This document shows positions 50,506 to 63,189 of a stretch of DNA of 64,000 nucleotides, piece after piece. Source of the DNA: Malacoraja senta (Eukaryota). Made by a program: the position numbers and the translations under genes. Position 1 is the first letter of the stretch, and each line of letters opens with the position of its first letter. The DNA is taken from assembly GCA_038087875.1 (NCBI GenBank), contig CM076002.1:372001-436000 (forward strand), in the 5' to 3' direction. Under the pieces are notes generated by a model. That model worked only from the letters and a program-made list of their open reading frames with translations, did no database searches and was not told the origin of the DNA.

Positions 50506-51570
50506 ATGCTACCGAAGCAATTGGCTAATATAGAATGCAATGCCCATATGGGAGGAGACGATCCCGTCTCCAAGGGAAATGCCCACGCAGGTCAGGTTGC
50601 CAAGGATGCAGCCCGTAGATCAAATAACCTGGTGCTCCCAGGGAATACAGTAAATAGAACAGTCTTGCCAGACATGAGGGAGGTTAAAGAATTACAGAGG
50701 GACGCTTCTGAACATGAAATACAAAAATGGAAACAAGAGGGATGCGCCATTGATTCCACCACGGGACTATGGCTAACCCCACTTGGACAAGTTTGTGTAT
50801 CTGATGCATTCTTACCCACACTCCTAACCTAAAGACACTCCCTCACTCATTCTGGAAAGGAGGGAATGATTAGGATGACAAAGGAGACATGGTGGCATCC
50901 ATTAAAACAAGCCTCCAAATGCAGGATTTGCCAGAAAAGTAATCCAGGCAAACCCATTAAAATACCCCCTGGCGTAACACCGATGCCAGCCCGACCATTT
51001 GAGTGCATTCAGATTGATTTTATTGAAATGCCAAAGGCTCAATGCTGCAAATATTTCGTAGTTAAACTGGATTTATTTAGTAGATGGATTGAAGCTCTAC
51101 CAACCACAAATAATACTGCTGAAACTACTGTGACATTATTGTTAAGAGAAATTATTCCAAGATTCGGGCTACCCACTGTTATAAGTTCTGATAACGGCCC
51201 ACATTTGATTACTACTGTTAACAAAGAATTATGTGCATATTTTAACATTCAACAGAAATTTCACTGTGTATATCACCCTCAGGCTTCGGGTGAGGTGGTA
51301 AGAGCTAACGGAGCCCTCAAGAATAAGGTTACAAAGTTAATGGGAGAAATGGGACAGATTTGGATTAAGGTATTATCTTTAGCCTTGTTTGAGATGCGAA
51401 TAACTCCCCACAGTGCTACAAAACTATGAACTGCAGAAATTGTCTATGGTAGACTATTAAGGACTCCTTGGGGAGCTAGTAGACCACATTAAGGCACATT
51501 AGACTTACACGCATTGAATGATGAGATAATTACCGATGTGCACGAAATGGGCTTAAATTTAAAAAAAGAT
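50506..51570 (+). pseudogene. ERV-B pol 3' part (RNase H C-terminus, integrase)
   Basis: CNAH...SKGNAHA, H..TH/CRIC zinc finger, IQIDFIEMP, DLFSRWIEA, ISSDNGPH and YHPQASGEV; stops present. Confidence 0.88.
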
Positions 51571-51579
51571 GAAAAAAAC

Positions 51580-52806
51580 ATGATAGTAAAAACACTACCA
51601 ATCTTGTTGCTGGTCCTGGGAATGACCCATATGACCTGGACTAACACCTTCTTGTGTATGAGTTATGAGTTCGCTCGAAGGGGGAATGGCAGCAACTGTT
51701 GGGTGTGTACTCAGGTTCCCCAAAACAGCGGGGGAGGCATACCACTAGTGCCAATACCCCTAAATCTGACTGAAAGGGTGGCCCTATTCTGTTTTTGCAA
51801 CATCACAGCGTCTAGCCGTTGCCAAATGAACCCACGAGCATATGGGAATGGAACTGTTAAGCACAGGGAACCCAAGTATAATAATTTTAAAGGATGGTAC
51901 ACACCCCCATTTAAACCAGGTTGGAAGGTGAATGAAACTAGGGTATGTAAAATACCCCGGTTGAGAATAACAAGTTACCCTCGTATACCAGCAAATACCT
52001 CATGTCACTGCAACTACCCAGAAAAAGGGATACATTTGGAAAACAGCTCATGCACCACAAACACTCCTCAGGGACCACCACGACCTGTGAATGGAACATA
52101 TTTCCATTAGTGTGTGGGTTATGGGCATACCCATGGTTGCCAGGGATGCCACCAGGAGACTACAGGAAAGGAGGTGGGGAAAGAACAATCACTGGAACGG
52201 GTGCTGCTATTTAGCGTATGTTGTTCCCCGTATGAGGATGGTCCAGGATCTTGCAGAGATAACTAGAACCCTGAGAGATAAAAGGGAGATCTCAGAAACA
52301 CAGAGGTTTTGGATGATCGCTTTCCCCATGTACGGGACAGCCAAGTCAGCTAGTGATTGCTCAATATGGCCTCTACCATAGAAGCAATGGTTAATGCAAC
52401 TGTTGGAGCCCTAGCAGATGCAAAGACAGCCATGATATCTCTTTCAGCAGAGATGATTGCCATCCGCACTATGGTCTTGCAAAATCGTAGGGCATTAGAC
52501 TTTATCTTGGCTGAAAAAGGGGGCACCTGTGCTACAATAGAACAAGAGTGTAGCACCTATATCCCTGATAAATCCTCTAATATCACTGACCTAGCTGCCC
52601 ACATTTCCCTAGAAATTAAATTAATCCGTAAGGTTAGCAGTGACATGCATGGATATGGTAAGGAATATGGGAACTGGTGGCCTTTCAATTGGGTCAGTGA
52701 AATTTGGGGTACCCTGATACATTGTGGCCTCATCTTTCTGTTGATCATTGCTCTAATAGTCATCATTAAATGCTTGCGACCATTGTGTATATACCAAGGT
52801 CTATGA
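51580..52806 (+). pseudogene. ERV-B env (gamma-type SU/TM), two frameshifts
   Basis: Signal peptide, CWVC, furin site RDKR (52274-85), ISD LQNRRALDFILAEKGGTC, CX6C(S) and TM LIFLLIIALIVII, spread over ORFs 51514-52110, 52091-52381 and 52357-52806. Confidence 0.9.
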
Positions 52807-52959
52807 AGGTTATCACAATGTAATAAAGAGGAGGGAATGAAAGAGTTTAATTTGGTCAAGTTTTGTTCGTAACTTAAAAATGGAGATTTGCTGAACAACT
52901 GAAAGCAGACAAATTAAAAAGAGAATTGTCCCAGCAGAATAAAGTCTGGGAAAGTCTTA

Positions 52960-53532
52960 AAGGCCTGTCCCATGGGCAGGCGGTTACTGGCGGTGTAGCA
53001 AGAAGTTGGAACCGCTCGTGGACCGCCAAAGACCACGCATGGCCCGCGGGGTCGGTCCCACGCACACCGCCGGGACCGTATGTAGTTGGTCCTGACACCG
53101 CGCGGTTCTCACAAAAACCGACACTGTTCAAAACATCTCAGCCAACAGCACAGCCGCCGCCGCAAGCACCGCCAGTGCGCCGCGAGCACCGCCAGTGCGC
53201 CACGAGCACCGCCAGTGCGCCGCGAGCACCGCCAGTATGCCGCGAGCCGTCTCGACGTCATCGCGTAGCGCGTTGCGTTGCGCGATGACGTCATCACCCG
53301 ACGCCGCGCGACGTCCATTCCAGTCAGCCCGTGGGACAGGCCGTGCGGTGACCACCCGGCATACGCGTGGCAACAGCTTCCGGTAAAGTTGAACTTACCG
53401 CATGCTCGTGGGATGCATCCGCGCGGTGCTCACGCGGCATACGCGCGGCACTCCCACGGTAGCCACGCGGTCCCCGCTTCCGGGGACGCCGCGCTTCACC
53501 GCCAGTAACCGCCTGCCCATGGGACAGAGCCA
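52960..53532. mobile_element. PIF/Harbinger-like MITE inserted in the 3' LTR
   Basis: TIRs CTGTCCCATGGGCAGGCGGTTACTGGCGGTG and its reverse complement. TSD TTA; the empty site GTCTTAGAAG is seen in the 5' LTR. Internal 20-bp tandem repeats at ~53165-53245. Confidence 0.88.
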
Positions 53533-54509
53533 TTAGAAGCTTGGTTTATACTAATCATTGAAACAATGTATTAACAATGTATTAATATAGAAATGTATTG
53601 TCTGGGTACAGCACCATATTTGATATTTGATACACTCTGCCTGTTCTAGCTAAGGACAAGGTAGTGGCTTTCATCCAAGTCTTACAAGCTTGTTTTAGTT
53701 CACAGACGGATGCCCATTCGAGAAACAAGATGGAAGTCATTTGAAAACAAAATGGAGTTAGTTGTCCATCCGGAATGGGCAGCCATACTGAAGCTGTGCC
53801 AAGATAACTTCACTAACTTTTCTCTTTGTTCTTTGAGTGGAGCCCGAGTGGCACTGAGCAACGTGTGTGCTCTTTGTTATTTCGCCACTCCCATCTGACG
53901 ATTTGATTAAAGATTGCTTTGGTTTTACCCTAAACAATTTTGTTGTTGTCTGCTTACTTTAAGAAAAGAACTCTGACACCTGCACCAACTCCTCAGCCAT
54001 ACATTCATCTCCCCCATCTTCCAGTTCCTACCCTCACAATCACGTGGCAATGGAAACAATCCAGAGATCACTTCCCTGGAGGTCCTGCTTTTTATCCTTT
54101 TACCTAACTCCCGATACTCATTTTGTAGAACCTCCTTCCTTATCCTGGCTATGTCATTTGTGCCAACATGCATAACGACTTCTGGCTGCTCCCCCTTCCG
54201 AAAAAAGATCATAGAACCGCTCTGAGACATCCTGGACCCTGGCATCAGGGAGGCAGCACACCATCCTGGAGTCCCCACTGCTGCCGCAGAGTCTCCCGTC
54301 TGCACCTCTAACTAAAGAATCACCTACTACTTTGGCTCTGCCTGATCTTAGCCTTACCTGCTGAGCCTCGGTGCCGGGCTTGGAGTAAGTAAGTAAGTAA
54401 GTTTATTGGCCAAGTATTCACATCCAAGGAATTTGTCTTGGTGCTCCGCCCACAAGTAACAACATGACATACAGTGACAATTACGAATGACTCAGAAAAC
54501 ACTAAACAT

Positions 54510-55706
54510 TGGAGAGCCAGTGGATGTAGTGTATCTGGACTTTCAGAAAACATTTGATAAGGTCCCACATAGGAGATTAGTGGGCAAATGTTATTGGGGG
54601 TAGAGTGCTGACATGGATAGACAAGTGGTTGGCAGACAGGAAACAAAGAGTAGGGATTAACAGGTTCCTTTCAGAATGGCAGGCAGTGACTAGTGGGGTA
54701 CCACAAGGCTCGCTGCTGGGACCTCAGCTATTTACAATATACATCAATGATTTGGATGAAGGGATTCAAAGTAACATTAGCAAATTTGCAGATGACCCAA
54801 AGCTGAGTGGCAGTGTGAATTGTGAGGAGGAAGCTATGAGAATGCAGGGTGACTTGGACAGGTTGGGGGAGTGGGCAGATGCATGGCAGATGAAGTTTAA
54901 TGCGGATAAATGTGAGGTTATCCACTTTGGTAGCAAAAACAGGAAGGCAGATTACTATCTAAATGGCGTCAAGTTGGGAAAAGGGAAAGTACACCGGGAT
55001 CCGGGGGTCCTTGTATATCTGTCTATGAAAGTAAGCATGCAGGTACAGCAGGCAGTGAAGAAAGCGAATGGCATGTTGGCCTTTATAACAAGAGGAATTG
55101 AATATAGGAGCAAAGAGGTCCTTCTGCAGTTGTACAGAGCCCTAGTGAGACCACACCTGTAGTATTGTGTGCAGTTTTGCTCCCCTAATTTGATGAAGGA
55201 CATTCTTGCTATTGAGGGAATGCAGCGTAGGTTTACAAGGTTAATTCCTGGGATCGCGGGACTGTCATATGCTGAGAGAATGGAGCAGCTGGGCTTGTAC
55301 ACTCTGGAGTTTAGAAGGATGAGAGGGTATCTCATTGAAACATATAAGATTGTTAAGGGTTTGGACATGCTAGAGGCAGGAAACATGTTCCCGATGTTGG
55401 GGGAGTCCAGAACTAGGGGCCACAGTTTAAGAATAAGGAGTAAGCCATTTAGAACGGAGATCAGGAAACACTTTTTCTCACAGGGAGTGGTGAGTCTGTG
55501 GAATTCTCTGCCTCAGAGAGCGGTGGAGGCAGGTTCTCTGGATGCTTTCGAGAGAGCTAGATAGGGCTCTTAAAAATAGCGGAGTCAGGGGATATGGGGA
55601 GAAGGCAGGAACGGGGTATTGATTGGGGATGATCAGCCATGATCACATTGAATCGCCCGAAGGTTGGCTGGCTCGAAGGTACTCCTGCACCTATTGTCTA
55701 TTGTCT
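54510..55706 (+). mobile_element. 5'-truncated CR1 (preceded by a Rex-type tail on the minus strand at 54385-54510)
   Basis: RT motifs in ORFs 54605-55162 and 55169-55564; (CTATTGT)n tail. Confidence 0.92.
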
Positions 55707-56219
55707 ATAAGATAATGAGAGGAATAGATAAGGTAAATATACTGTCGTTTACCCAGTGTACCATTCTATCAACAACTAGAAAGTGGTCCGGAGCTACTAT
55801 CTACCTCATTGGGGACCCTCGGACTCTCTCTCATCGAACCTTACTGGACTTTTTCTTGCACTAACGATTATTTCCTTTATCATGTAGGATTGCTGTGGAT
55901 AGCTTGATTGTAATCATGAATTATCTTTCTGCTGAATAGTTAGCACGCAACAAAAGCTTTTCACTGTACCTCGGTACAGGGTGACAATAAACTCAACTAA
56001 GAGTAGGGAAATCAAGGGCCAGAGGACATAAGGTTAAGGTGAGAGGGGAAAGATTTAATAGGAATCTGAGGGCAACTTTTTTACACTGTGGGTATATGGA
56101 AGGAGTTTCCAGTGGCTATGGCATGTTCTGCAACAACATTTAAAGACATTTGTATAGGTACACGGAGTGGAAAGATTTAGAAGGATATGGGCCAAACATC
56201 AGCAAATGGGACGAGCGTA

Positions 56220-56720
56220 GGTTCACCCAGACTGATTCCTGGGATGGCAGGACTTTCATTTGAAGAAAGACTGGATAGACTCGGCTTGTACACGCTAGAA
56301 TTTAGAAGATTGAGGGGGGATCTTATAGAAACTTACAAAATTCTTAAGGGGTTGGACAGGCTAGATGCAGGAAGATTATTCCTGATGTTGGGGAAGTCCA
56401 GAACTAGGGGTCACAGTTTAAGGATAAGAGGGAAGTCTTTTAGGACCGAGATGAGGAAAACATTTTTCACACAGAGAGTGGTGAATCTGTGGAATTCTCT
56501 GCCACAGAAGGTAGTTGAGGCCAGTTCATTGGCTATATTTAAGAGGGAGTTAGATGTGGCCCTTGTGGCTAAAGGGATCAGGGGGTATGGAGAGAAGGCA
56601 GGGATGGGATACTGAGTTGGATGATCAGCCATGATCATATCGAATCACGGTGCAGGCTCGAAGGGCCAAATGGCCTACTCCTGCACCTATTTTCTATGTT
56701 TCTATGTCTATGTCTATGTA
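56220..56720 (+). mobile_element. CR1 3' fragment
   Basis: RLIPGMAGLSFEERL...GEKAG and a (TCTATG)n tail. Confidence 0.9.
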
Positions 56721-56900
56721 GATGGGGCATTTCAGTTGGCACGGGAAAGTTGGGTCAAAGAGCCTGTTTCCGTGCTGCACGAGTCCATGATTATGACTCT
56801 CCTGTGAACCCTCCAGACCAGGTCACATACTTGTAAGTCTTTTGTGCAGTTTCCAGTTAAACGACAGCCTCTCTGGTTAGTAGGGCATACTGAAATAATG

Positions 56901-57113
56901 ACAGACACGAAATGCTGGAGTAACTCAGCGGTGAGGCAGCATCTATGGAGAGAAGGAATGGGCGACGTTTAGGGTCGAGACCCTTCTTCAGACTGAAGGG
57001 TTTTGACCCGACACGTCGCCCATACCTTCTCTCCATGAATACTGCCTCACCCGCTGAGTTACTCCAGCATTTTGTGTCCAGATTTAATTTTATCAGCATC
57101 TGCAGTTCTTTCT
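56901..57113. mobile_element. Palindromic Penelope pLTR-derived insertion
   Basis: Two ~90-bp inverted arms meeting at ~56993; 13-bp TSD TACTGAAATAATG at 56888-56900 and 57114-57126. Confidence 0.85.
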
Positions 57114-57161
57114 TACTGAAATAATGGCAGGCAAGTTGCTGCAGGGTGACTCTTGCAGGTT

Positions 57162-57470
57162 ACATAGAAACATAGAAACATAGAAAATAGGTACAGGAGT
57201 AGGCCATTCGGCCCCTCGAGCCTGCACCACCATTCAATATGATCATGGCTGATCATCCAACTCAGTATCCTGTACCTGCCTTCTCTCCATACCCCCTGAT
57301 CCCTTTCGCCACAAGGGCCACATCTAACTCCCTCTTAAATATAGCCAATGAACTGGCCTCAACTACCTTCTGTGGCAGAGAATTCCACAGATTCACCACT
57401 CTCTGTGTGAAAAATGATTTTCTCACCTCGGTCCTAAAAGACTTCCCTCTTATCCTTAAACTGTGACCCC
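57162..57470 (-). mobile_element. CR1 3' fragment
   Basis: Reverse-complement CR1 ORF2 end and tail. Confidence 0.9.
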
Positions 57471-57474
57471 TAGG

Positions 57475-58462
57475 TTGTGGGAAGTCAGGGACACTGCTGG
57501 TGCCTCTGACAACTACACCTGTGGAAATTGTGTCCAGGTGCAGCTCCGGAAGGAAAGTATTAGGAAACTGGAGCAGCAGCTGCATGGCCTCAAGATCATC
57601 CGGGAAATTGAGAGCTTCCTGGACAGGACCTAGAATGATATTGTTATGCCAAGGATACAAGAAGAGTGAAGATAGGTGACAATGATGAAGGGAAGTAAGC
57701 GTGGAGTGCAGGAGACTCTGGTGGTTGTACCTGTTGGAAACGGGTACACCCTCTTGGAAGCTATCGGGGCAGACGACACTTGCAGTCCGAGCAGCGGACA
57801 GGTCTGTCAATCAAATCCTGGCGCTGTGGCTCAACCGGAGAGACCTACGTCAGGTAACGCCGTAGTGGTAGGTGACTCAATAGTGAGAGGTACGGACAGG
57901 AGATTCTGTGGCAACAGGTGAGACTCAAGGATGGTGTGTTGCCCCCGTGGTGCCAGGGTTCAAGACGTCTCGGAACCGATTGCTGAACATCCTCAAGGGG
58001 AAGGGGAGCAGCCGGAAGTGGTTGTGCATGTGGGCACAAACGACGTCGGGAAGAAGAGGAAGGAGGTTCTGCAACGTGAGTTTAGAGATTTTGGCTAAAA
58101 TGCAGGATCTTGAGGGTGTTATCTCTGGGTTGCTTCCTGTACCTCGTGCTGGTGAGGGCAGGAACAGGGAGATAGGGGATCTGAATGTGTTGCTGAGGGG
58201 GCGCTGCAGGGAGCAGGGATTTGGATTTCTAGATCACTGGGATCTCTTCTGGGGTAGGGGTGACCAGTACAAAAGGGACAGGTTGCACCTTAACTGGAGG
58301 GGGACCAACATTCTGGCAGGCAGGTAGGGCTCTTAAAAGTAGCGGAGACAGGGGATATGGGAAAAGGGGGTACTGATTGGGGATGATCAGCCATGATCAC
58401 ATTGAATGGCGATGCTGGCTCGAAGGGCCAAATGGCCTGCTCCTGCACCTATTGTCTATTAT
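57475..58462 (+). mobile_element. CR1 ORF1 (Cys finger + SGNH esterase) joined directly to a CR1 3' tail (internal deletion)
   Basis: YTCGNC, VVGDSIVRG, VHVGTND and DRLHLN, then the 3' UTR from 58325. Confidence 0.8.
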
Positions 58463-58689
58463 CTGTGACCAGGACTGAATACTATAATGGGCTATAAAGC
58501 AAAGCCAGGCATTATTGCTGGTGATAGTGTGGCCCTCCGTGATGAACAATGCATTCTATGCTCGCTTAAAGCAGAAGGCCAACAGGTCAGGACATCCACC
58601 CCACCAGACCCAAATGTGCCTTTTCCCACGGTCACTGTTGATGAAGTAAGATCAAGTGAACCCACGGAAAGCAAGTGGCCTGGATAGAG

Positions 58690-61212
58690 TCCAAAGGCAA
58701 AACAGTTATAATGGGTGACTTCAATCTACATATAGATTGGGTGAATCAAATTGGCAGGGGTGCTGAGGAAGAGGATTTCTTGGAATGTATGAGGGATAGT
58801 TATCTAAACCAACATGTAGAGGAACCAACGAGAGAGCAGGCTATTCTAGACTGGGTATTGAGTAATGAGGAAGGGTTAGTTAGCAGTCTTGTTGTGCGTG
58901 CCCCCTTGCGCAAGAGTGACCATAATATGGTTGAGTTCTTCATTAGGATGGAGAGTGACATTGTTAATTCAGAAACAATGGTTCTGAACTTAAAGAAAGG
59001 TAACTGAGGGTATGAGACGTGAATTGGCCAAGATTGACTGGCAATTAGTTCTAAAAGGGTTGATGGTGGATATGCAATGGAAGGCATTTAAAGACTGCAT
59101 GGATGAACTACAAAAATTGTTCATCCCAGTTTGGCAAAAGAATAAATCAGGGAAGGTAGTGCATTCGTGGATAACAAGGGAAATCAGGGATAGTATCAAA
59201 GCAAAAGATGATGCGTACAAATTAGCAAGAAAAAGCAGCATACCAGAGGACTGGGAGAAATTCAGAGACCAGCAGAGGAGGACAAAGGGGCTTAATTAGG
59301 AAAGGGAAAATAGATTATGAAAGAAAACTGGCAGGGAACATAAAAACTGACTGCAAAAGCTTTTATAGATATGTGAAGAGAAAGAGATTGGTTAAAACAA
59401 ATGTAGGTCCCTTGCAGTCAGAAACAGGTGAATTGATCATGGGGAACAAGGATATGGCGGACCAATTGAATAACTACTTTGGTTCCATCTTCACTAAGGA
59501 AGACATACATAATCTGCCGGAAATAGCAGGGGACCGTGGGTCAAAGGAGATGGAGGAACTGAGTGAAATCCAGCATTAGTTGGGAAGTGGTGTTGGGTAA
59601 ATGGAATGGATTAAAGGCCGATAAATCACCAGGGCCAGATAGGCTCCATCCCAGAGTACTTAAGGAAGTAGCTCCAGAAATAGTGGATGCATTAGTGATA
59701 ATTTTTCAAAACTCTTTAGGTTCTGGAGTAGTTCCTGAGGATTGGAGGGAAGCAAAAGTAACCCCACTTTTTAAGAAGGGAGGGAGAGAGAAAACGGGGA
59801 AATACAGACCAGTTAGTCTAACATCGGTAGTGGGGAAACTGCTAGAGTCAGTTATTAAAGATGGGATAGCAGCACATTTGGAAAGTGGTGAAATCATTGG
59901 ACAAAGTCAGCATGGATTTACGAAAGGTAAATCATGTCTGACGAATCTTATAGAATTTTTCGAGCATGTAAATGGAAGAGTGGATAGGGGAGAACCAGTG
60001 GATGTGTTGTATCTGGACTTTCAGAAGGCTTTCGACAAGGTCCCACATAAGAGATTAGTATACAAACTTAAAGCACAGGGTATTGGGGGTTCAGTATTGA
60101 TGTGGATAGAGAACTGGCTGGCAAACAGGAAGCAAAGAGTAGGAGTAAACGGGTCCTTTTCACAATGGCAGGCAGTGACTAGTGGGGTACCGCAAGGCTC
60201 AGTGCTGGGACCCCAGCTATTTACAATTTATATTAATGAACTGGATGAGGGAATTGAAGGCAACATCTCCAAGTTTGCGGATGACTCTAAGCTGGGGGGC
60301 AGTGTTAGCTGTGAGGAGGATGCTAGGAGTCTGCAAGGTGACTTGGATAGGCTGGGTGAGTGGGCAAATGTTTGGCAGATGCAGTATAATGTGGATAAAT
60401 GTGAGGTTATCCACATTGGTGGCAAAAACAGGAAAGCAGACTAATATCTAAATGGTGGCCGATTAGGAAAAGGGGAGATGCAGCGTGACCTGGGTGTCAT
60501 GGTACACCAGTCATTGAAAGTAGGCATGCAGGTGCAGCAGGCAGTGAAGAAAGCGAATGGTATGTTAGCTTTCATAGCAAAAGGATTTGAGTATAGGAGC
60601 AGGGAGGTTCTACTGCAGTTGTACAGGGTCTTGGTGAGACCACACCTGGAGTATCGCGTACAGTTTTGGTCTCCAAATCTAAGGAAGGACATTATGGCCA
60701 TAGAGGGAGTGCAGAGAAGGTTCACCAGACTGATTCCTGGGATGTCAGGACTTTCATATGAAGAAAGACTGGATAGACATGGCTTATACTCGCTAGAATT
60801 TAGGAGATTGAGAGGGGATCTTATAGAGACATACAAAATTCTTATGGGGTTGGACAGGCTAGATGCAGGAAGATTGTTCCCGATGTTGGGGAAGTCCAGG
60901 ACAAGGGGTCACAGCTTAAGGATAAGGGGGAAATCCTTTAAGACCGAGATGAGAAAAAACTTTTTCACACAGAGAGTGGTGAATCTCTGGAACTCTCTGC
61001 CACAGAGGGTAGTTGAGGCCAGTTCATTGGCTATATTTAAGAGGGAGTTAGATGTGGCCCTTGTGGCTAAAGGGATCAGGGGGTATGGAGAGAAGGCAGG
61101 TACGGGATACTGAGTTGGATGATCAGCCATCATCATATTGAATGGCGGTGCAGGCTCGAAGGGCCGAATGGCCTACTCCTGCACCTATTTTCTATGTATC
61201 TATGTATCTATG
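58690..61212 (+). mobile_element. CR1 ORF2 (most of APE, RT, tail) inserted in an old Rex/Babar fragment (58470-58680, 61213-61392, 62113-62255)
   Basis: CR1 ORFs 58675-61113; the flanks read NPRKASG|...[11 protein letters not shown]...NDYRPVA|...PLQF. Confidence 0.88.
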
Positions 61213-61392
61213 AGTTCCTGACCATATCCTTAGGAACTGAGCGGACCAACTAGCGGGAGTGTTCACCAACATTTTCTAATCTCTCCTACTCATTTCTGAG
61301 GTTCCCATCTGCTTCAAGAAGATCACTACCATTCATGCAAAGAAAAGCAAGATCTCATGCCTTAATGACTACCGTCCAGTGGCCATGACATC

Positions 61393-62112
61393 CAGGCACA
61401 GAAATCGCTATCAAAATATGGAGGGGACCGGGGGACACAATTTCTTGGCGGCCACGCGCGCATGCGCACACTCACACACCGCGCGCGAGGCTTCGGAGGC
61501 TCAATCCAGCGCTAAATGCAGCTCTACTCTGTCTGTCTCGCCGGGTTAACCTACAGCCCTGCGTGGACTGACAGGACACCAGCACTGCTTCTCCGCGTTG
61601 GCCATATTTGCCCAAGTCCAGGCAGGGCTGTAGGTTAACCTGGTGGGACAGGCAGAGTTGAGCTGGGTTTAGCACTGCTTCTCTGCGCTGGCTGTGGGCC
61701 TGGGGGTACAGCTTCCGTCTGACCCCCGATGTCTCTGGCCACCCCCGGGCGTGGGGGGGGGGGCTCTCGGGTGGGGACAGGACAGTGCTGGAGACAGGGA
61801 TGGATCCTGGCTGTGGATGAGGCGCAGGTCTGTGCCACGTCTCCCATCTCCAATCACCGCACTCTATCCTCAGTCCCACCCCCCCACTCCTCCCTCCTCC
61901 AATGATCACGCTGAATCATCATGTCCCGCCTGCTGACCAACGTCTCTCTCGTCCAATCGGTGCCCTCGATCAGCAGTCCCAACCCCACTGTCTCGCGGAA
62001 AGCGGAGATTTCACCGGGTTTTAAAATCCAGATTACAAAAACTTGGGGAGGATCGTCCCCCACCTCTCAACAGAGGGGGAGCGTGTCCCCCCCCCCCGGA
62101 TTTCTGCCCCTG
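61393..62112. mobile_element. hAT-like non-autonomous DNA transposon
   Basis: Imperfect TIR CAGGCACAGAAATC / GATTTCTGCCCCTG; 8-bp TSD ATGACATC (61385-92) / GTGACATC (62113-20); the Rex reading frame rejoins across it. Confidence 0.8.
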
Positions 62113-63189
62113 GTGACATCCACCATCATGAAGTGCGTTGAGAGGATGGCTATGGTACAGATTAAATCCAGCCTACCAAGCAACCTTGATCCACTGCAGT
62201 TCATCAACCACCACAACAGATCCATGGCTGATGCCATCTCCCTGGTCCTACACTAACCCATGCCGACCAAGAATAGAACTATGGCCACTGGTCCCAAAGT
62301 GCTTCCCCAGTGACATCTCCGTCACTTGCCCCTGCCCCATTTCACAAGAGCATATCAAGCTTGGCTCTCTCCATAGTAGGTCATCTATGCAGTACATGAA
62401 TGCAGTTCCTGAATACATTCACCATTTCCACCCATCAATGCCTTAACACTTTGGTAGTCCTAGTCTGTATTATCCTATTATGACCAGTCTGCTGTTTATA
62501 CAACTCTCCACAATCTCTTGCCATATTTGTTCCTCTAATTCCTGTTGCCTATTTGGAGGCCTATAGAACGGCTTCAACGAGATGATCATCTCCTCCTTAT
62601 TTCTCAGCTCCCCCCATAAACCAGGTTGTGCAGGAGTCCCTCCCTCGTGGCCATCCTTGTCTCAAACAGATATACCATGCTGGTTATTGCATGGGTGTGG
62701 TCTCTCAAAGGGGAAAACACACATGTGGCACATCTGTAGCATTACAGCTGGACTCTGCTGCACATAGAAGATACAACACTACAGCACAGGAACAGGACCT
62801 TCGGCCCACACTGTTCATGCTGTACATGATGGCAAGATCAACAAATCTCGGCTGCCTGCACATAATCCATACCCATCCATTCCCTGCATGTGCCTATCTA
62901 AAAGCCTCTAAATGCTACTATCATTGCTGCCTCCACTAGCAGCCCTTGTAGAACTTTCCAGGCACACACACCATCTGAGTAATTAATGTCCCACACATCT
63001 CCTTTATGCTTTGCCCCTCTAACCTTGAACCTCTGTCCTCTAGTCTTTGAAATATCCATCCTAGGGAAAAAGATTCTGACTGTCTAACTTCTCTATGTGT
63101 CTTATAATTTTATTTTATTTATCAGATCTCCCCTCAGCTTCTGATGCACCAGAGAAAACAATCCTGGTCTGTCCAAACTGCTTTTACAT

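Larger units (their letters stand above)
44252..53978 (+). mobile_element. Endogenous retrovirus ERV-B (class I-like) with both LTRs, gag N-terminus, RNase H end/integrase and env
   Basis: TG...CA ends with 4-bp TSD CCTG (44248-51, 53979-82). The 5' LTR 44252-44640 (3' part and PBS deleted) matches the 3' LTR 52838-53978. PPT AAAGAGGAGGGAA at 52825-52837. Confidence 0.92.
44100..54370 (-). mobile_element. CR1 ORF1 (esterase) fragment split by ERV-B: 44100-44251 and 53979-54370
   Basis: VVMHVGTND...NVWLRSWCR on the right joins ...GTNILGG on the left across the provirus. Confidence 0.8.

Noticed and set aside
51580..52806. Domesticated syncytin-like gene
   Set aside because: Two frameshifts and loss of the last Cys of CX6CC; it lies in a decaying provirus.
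52926..53533. Overlapping Ala/Arg-rich ORFs
   Set aside because: By-product of the GC-rich MITE and its tandem repeats; no transposase motifs.
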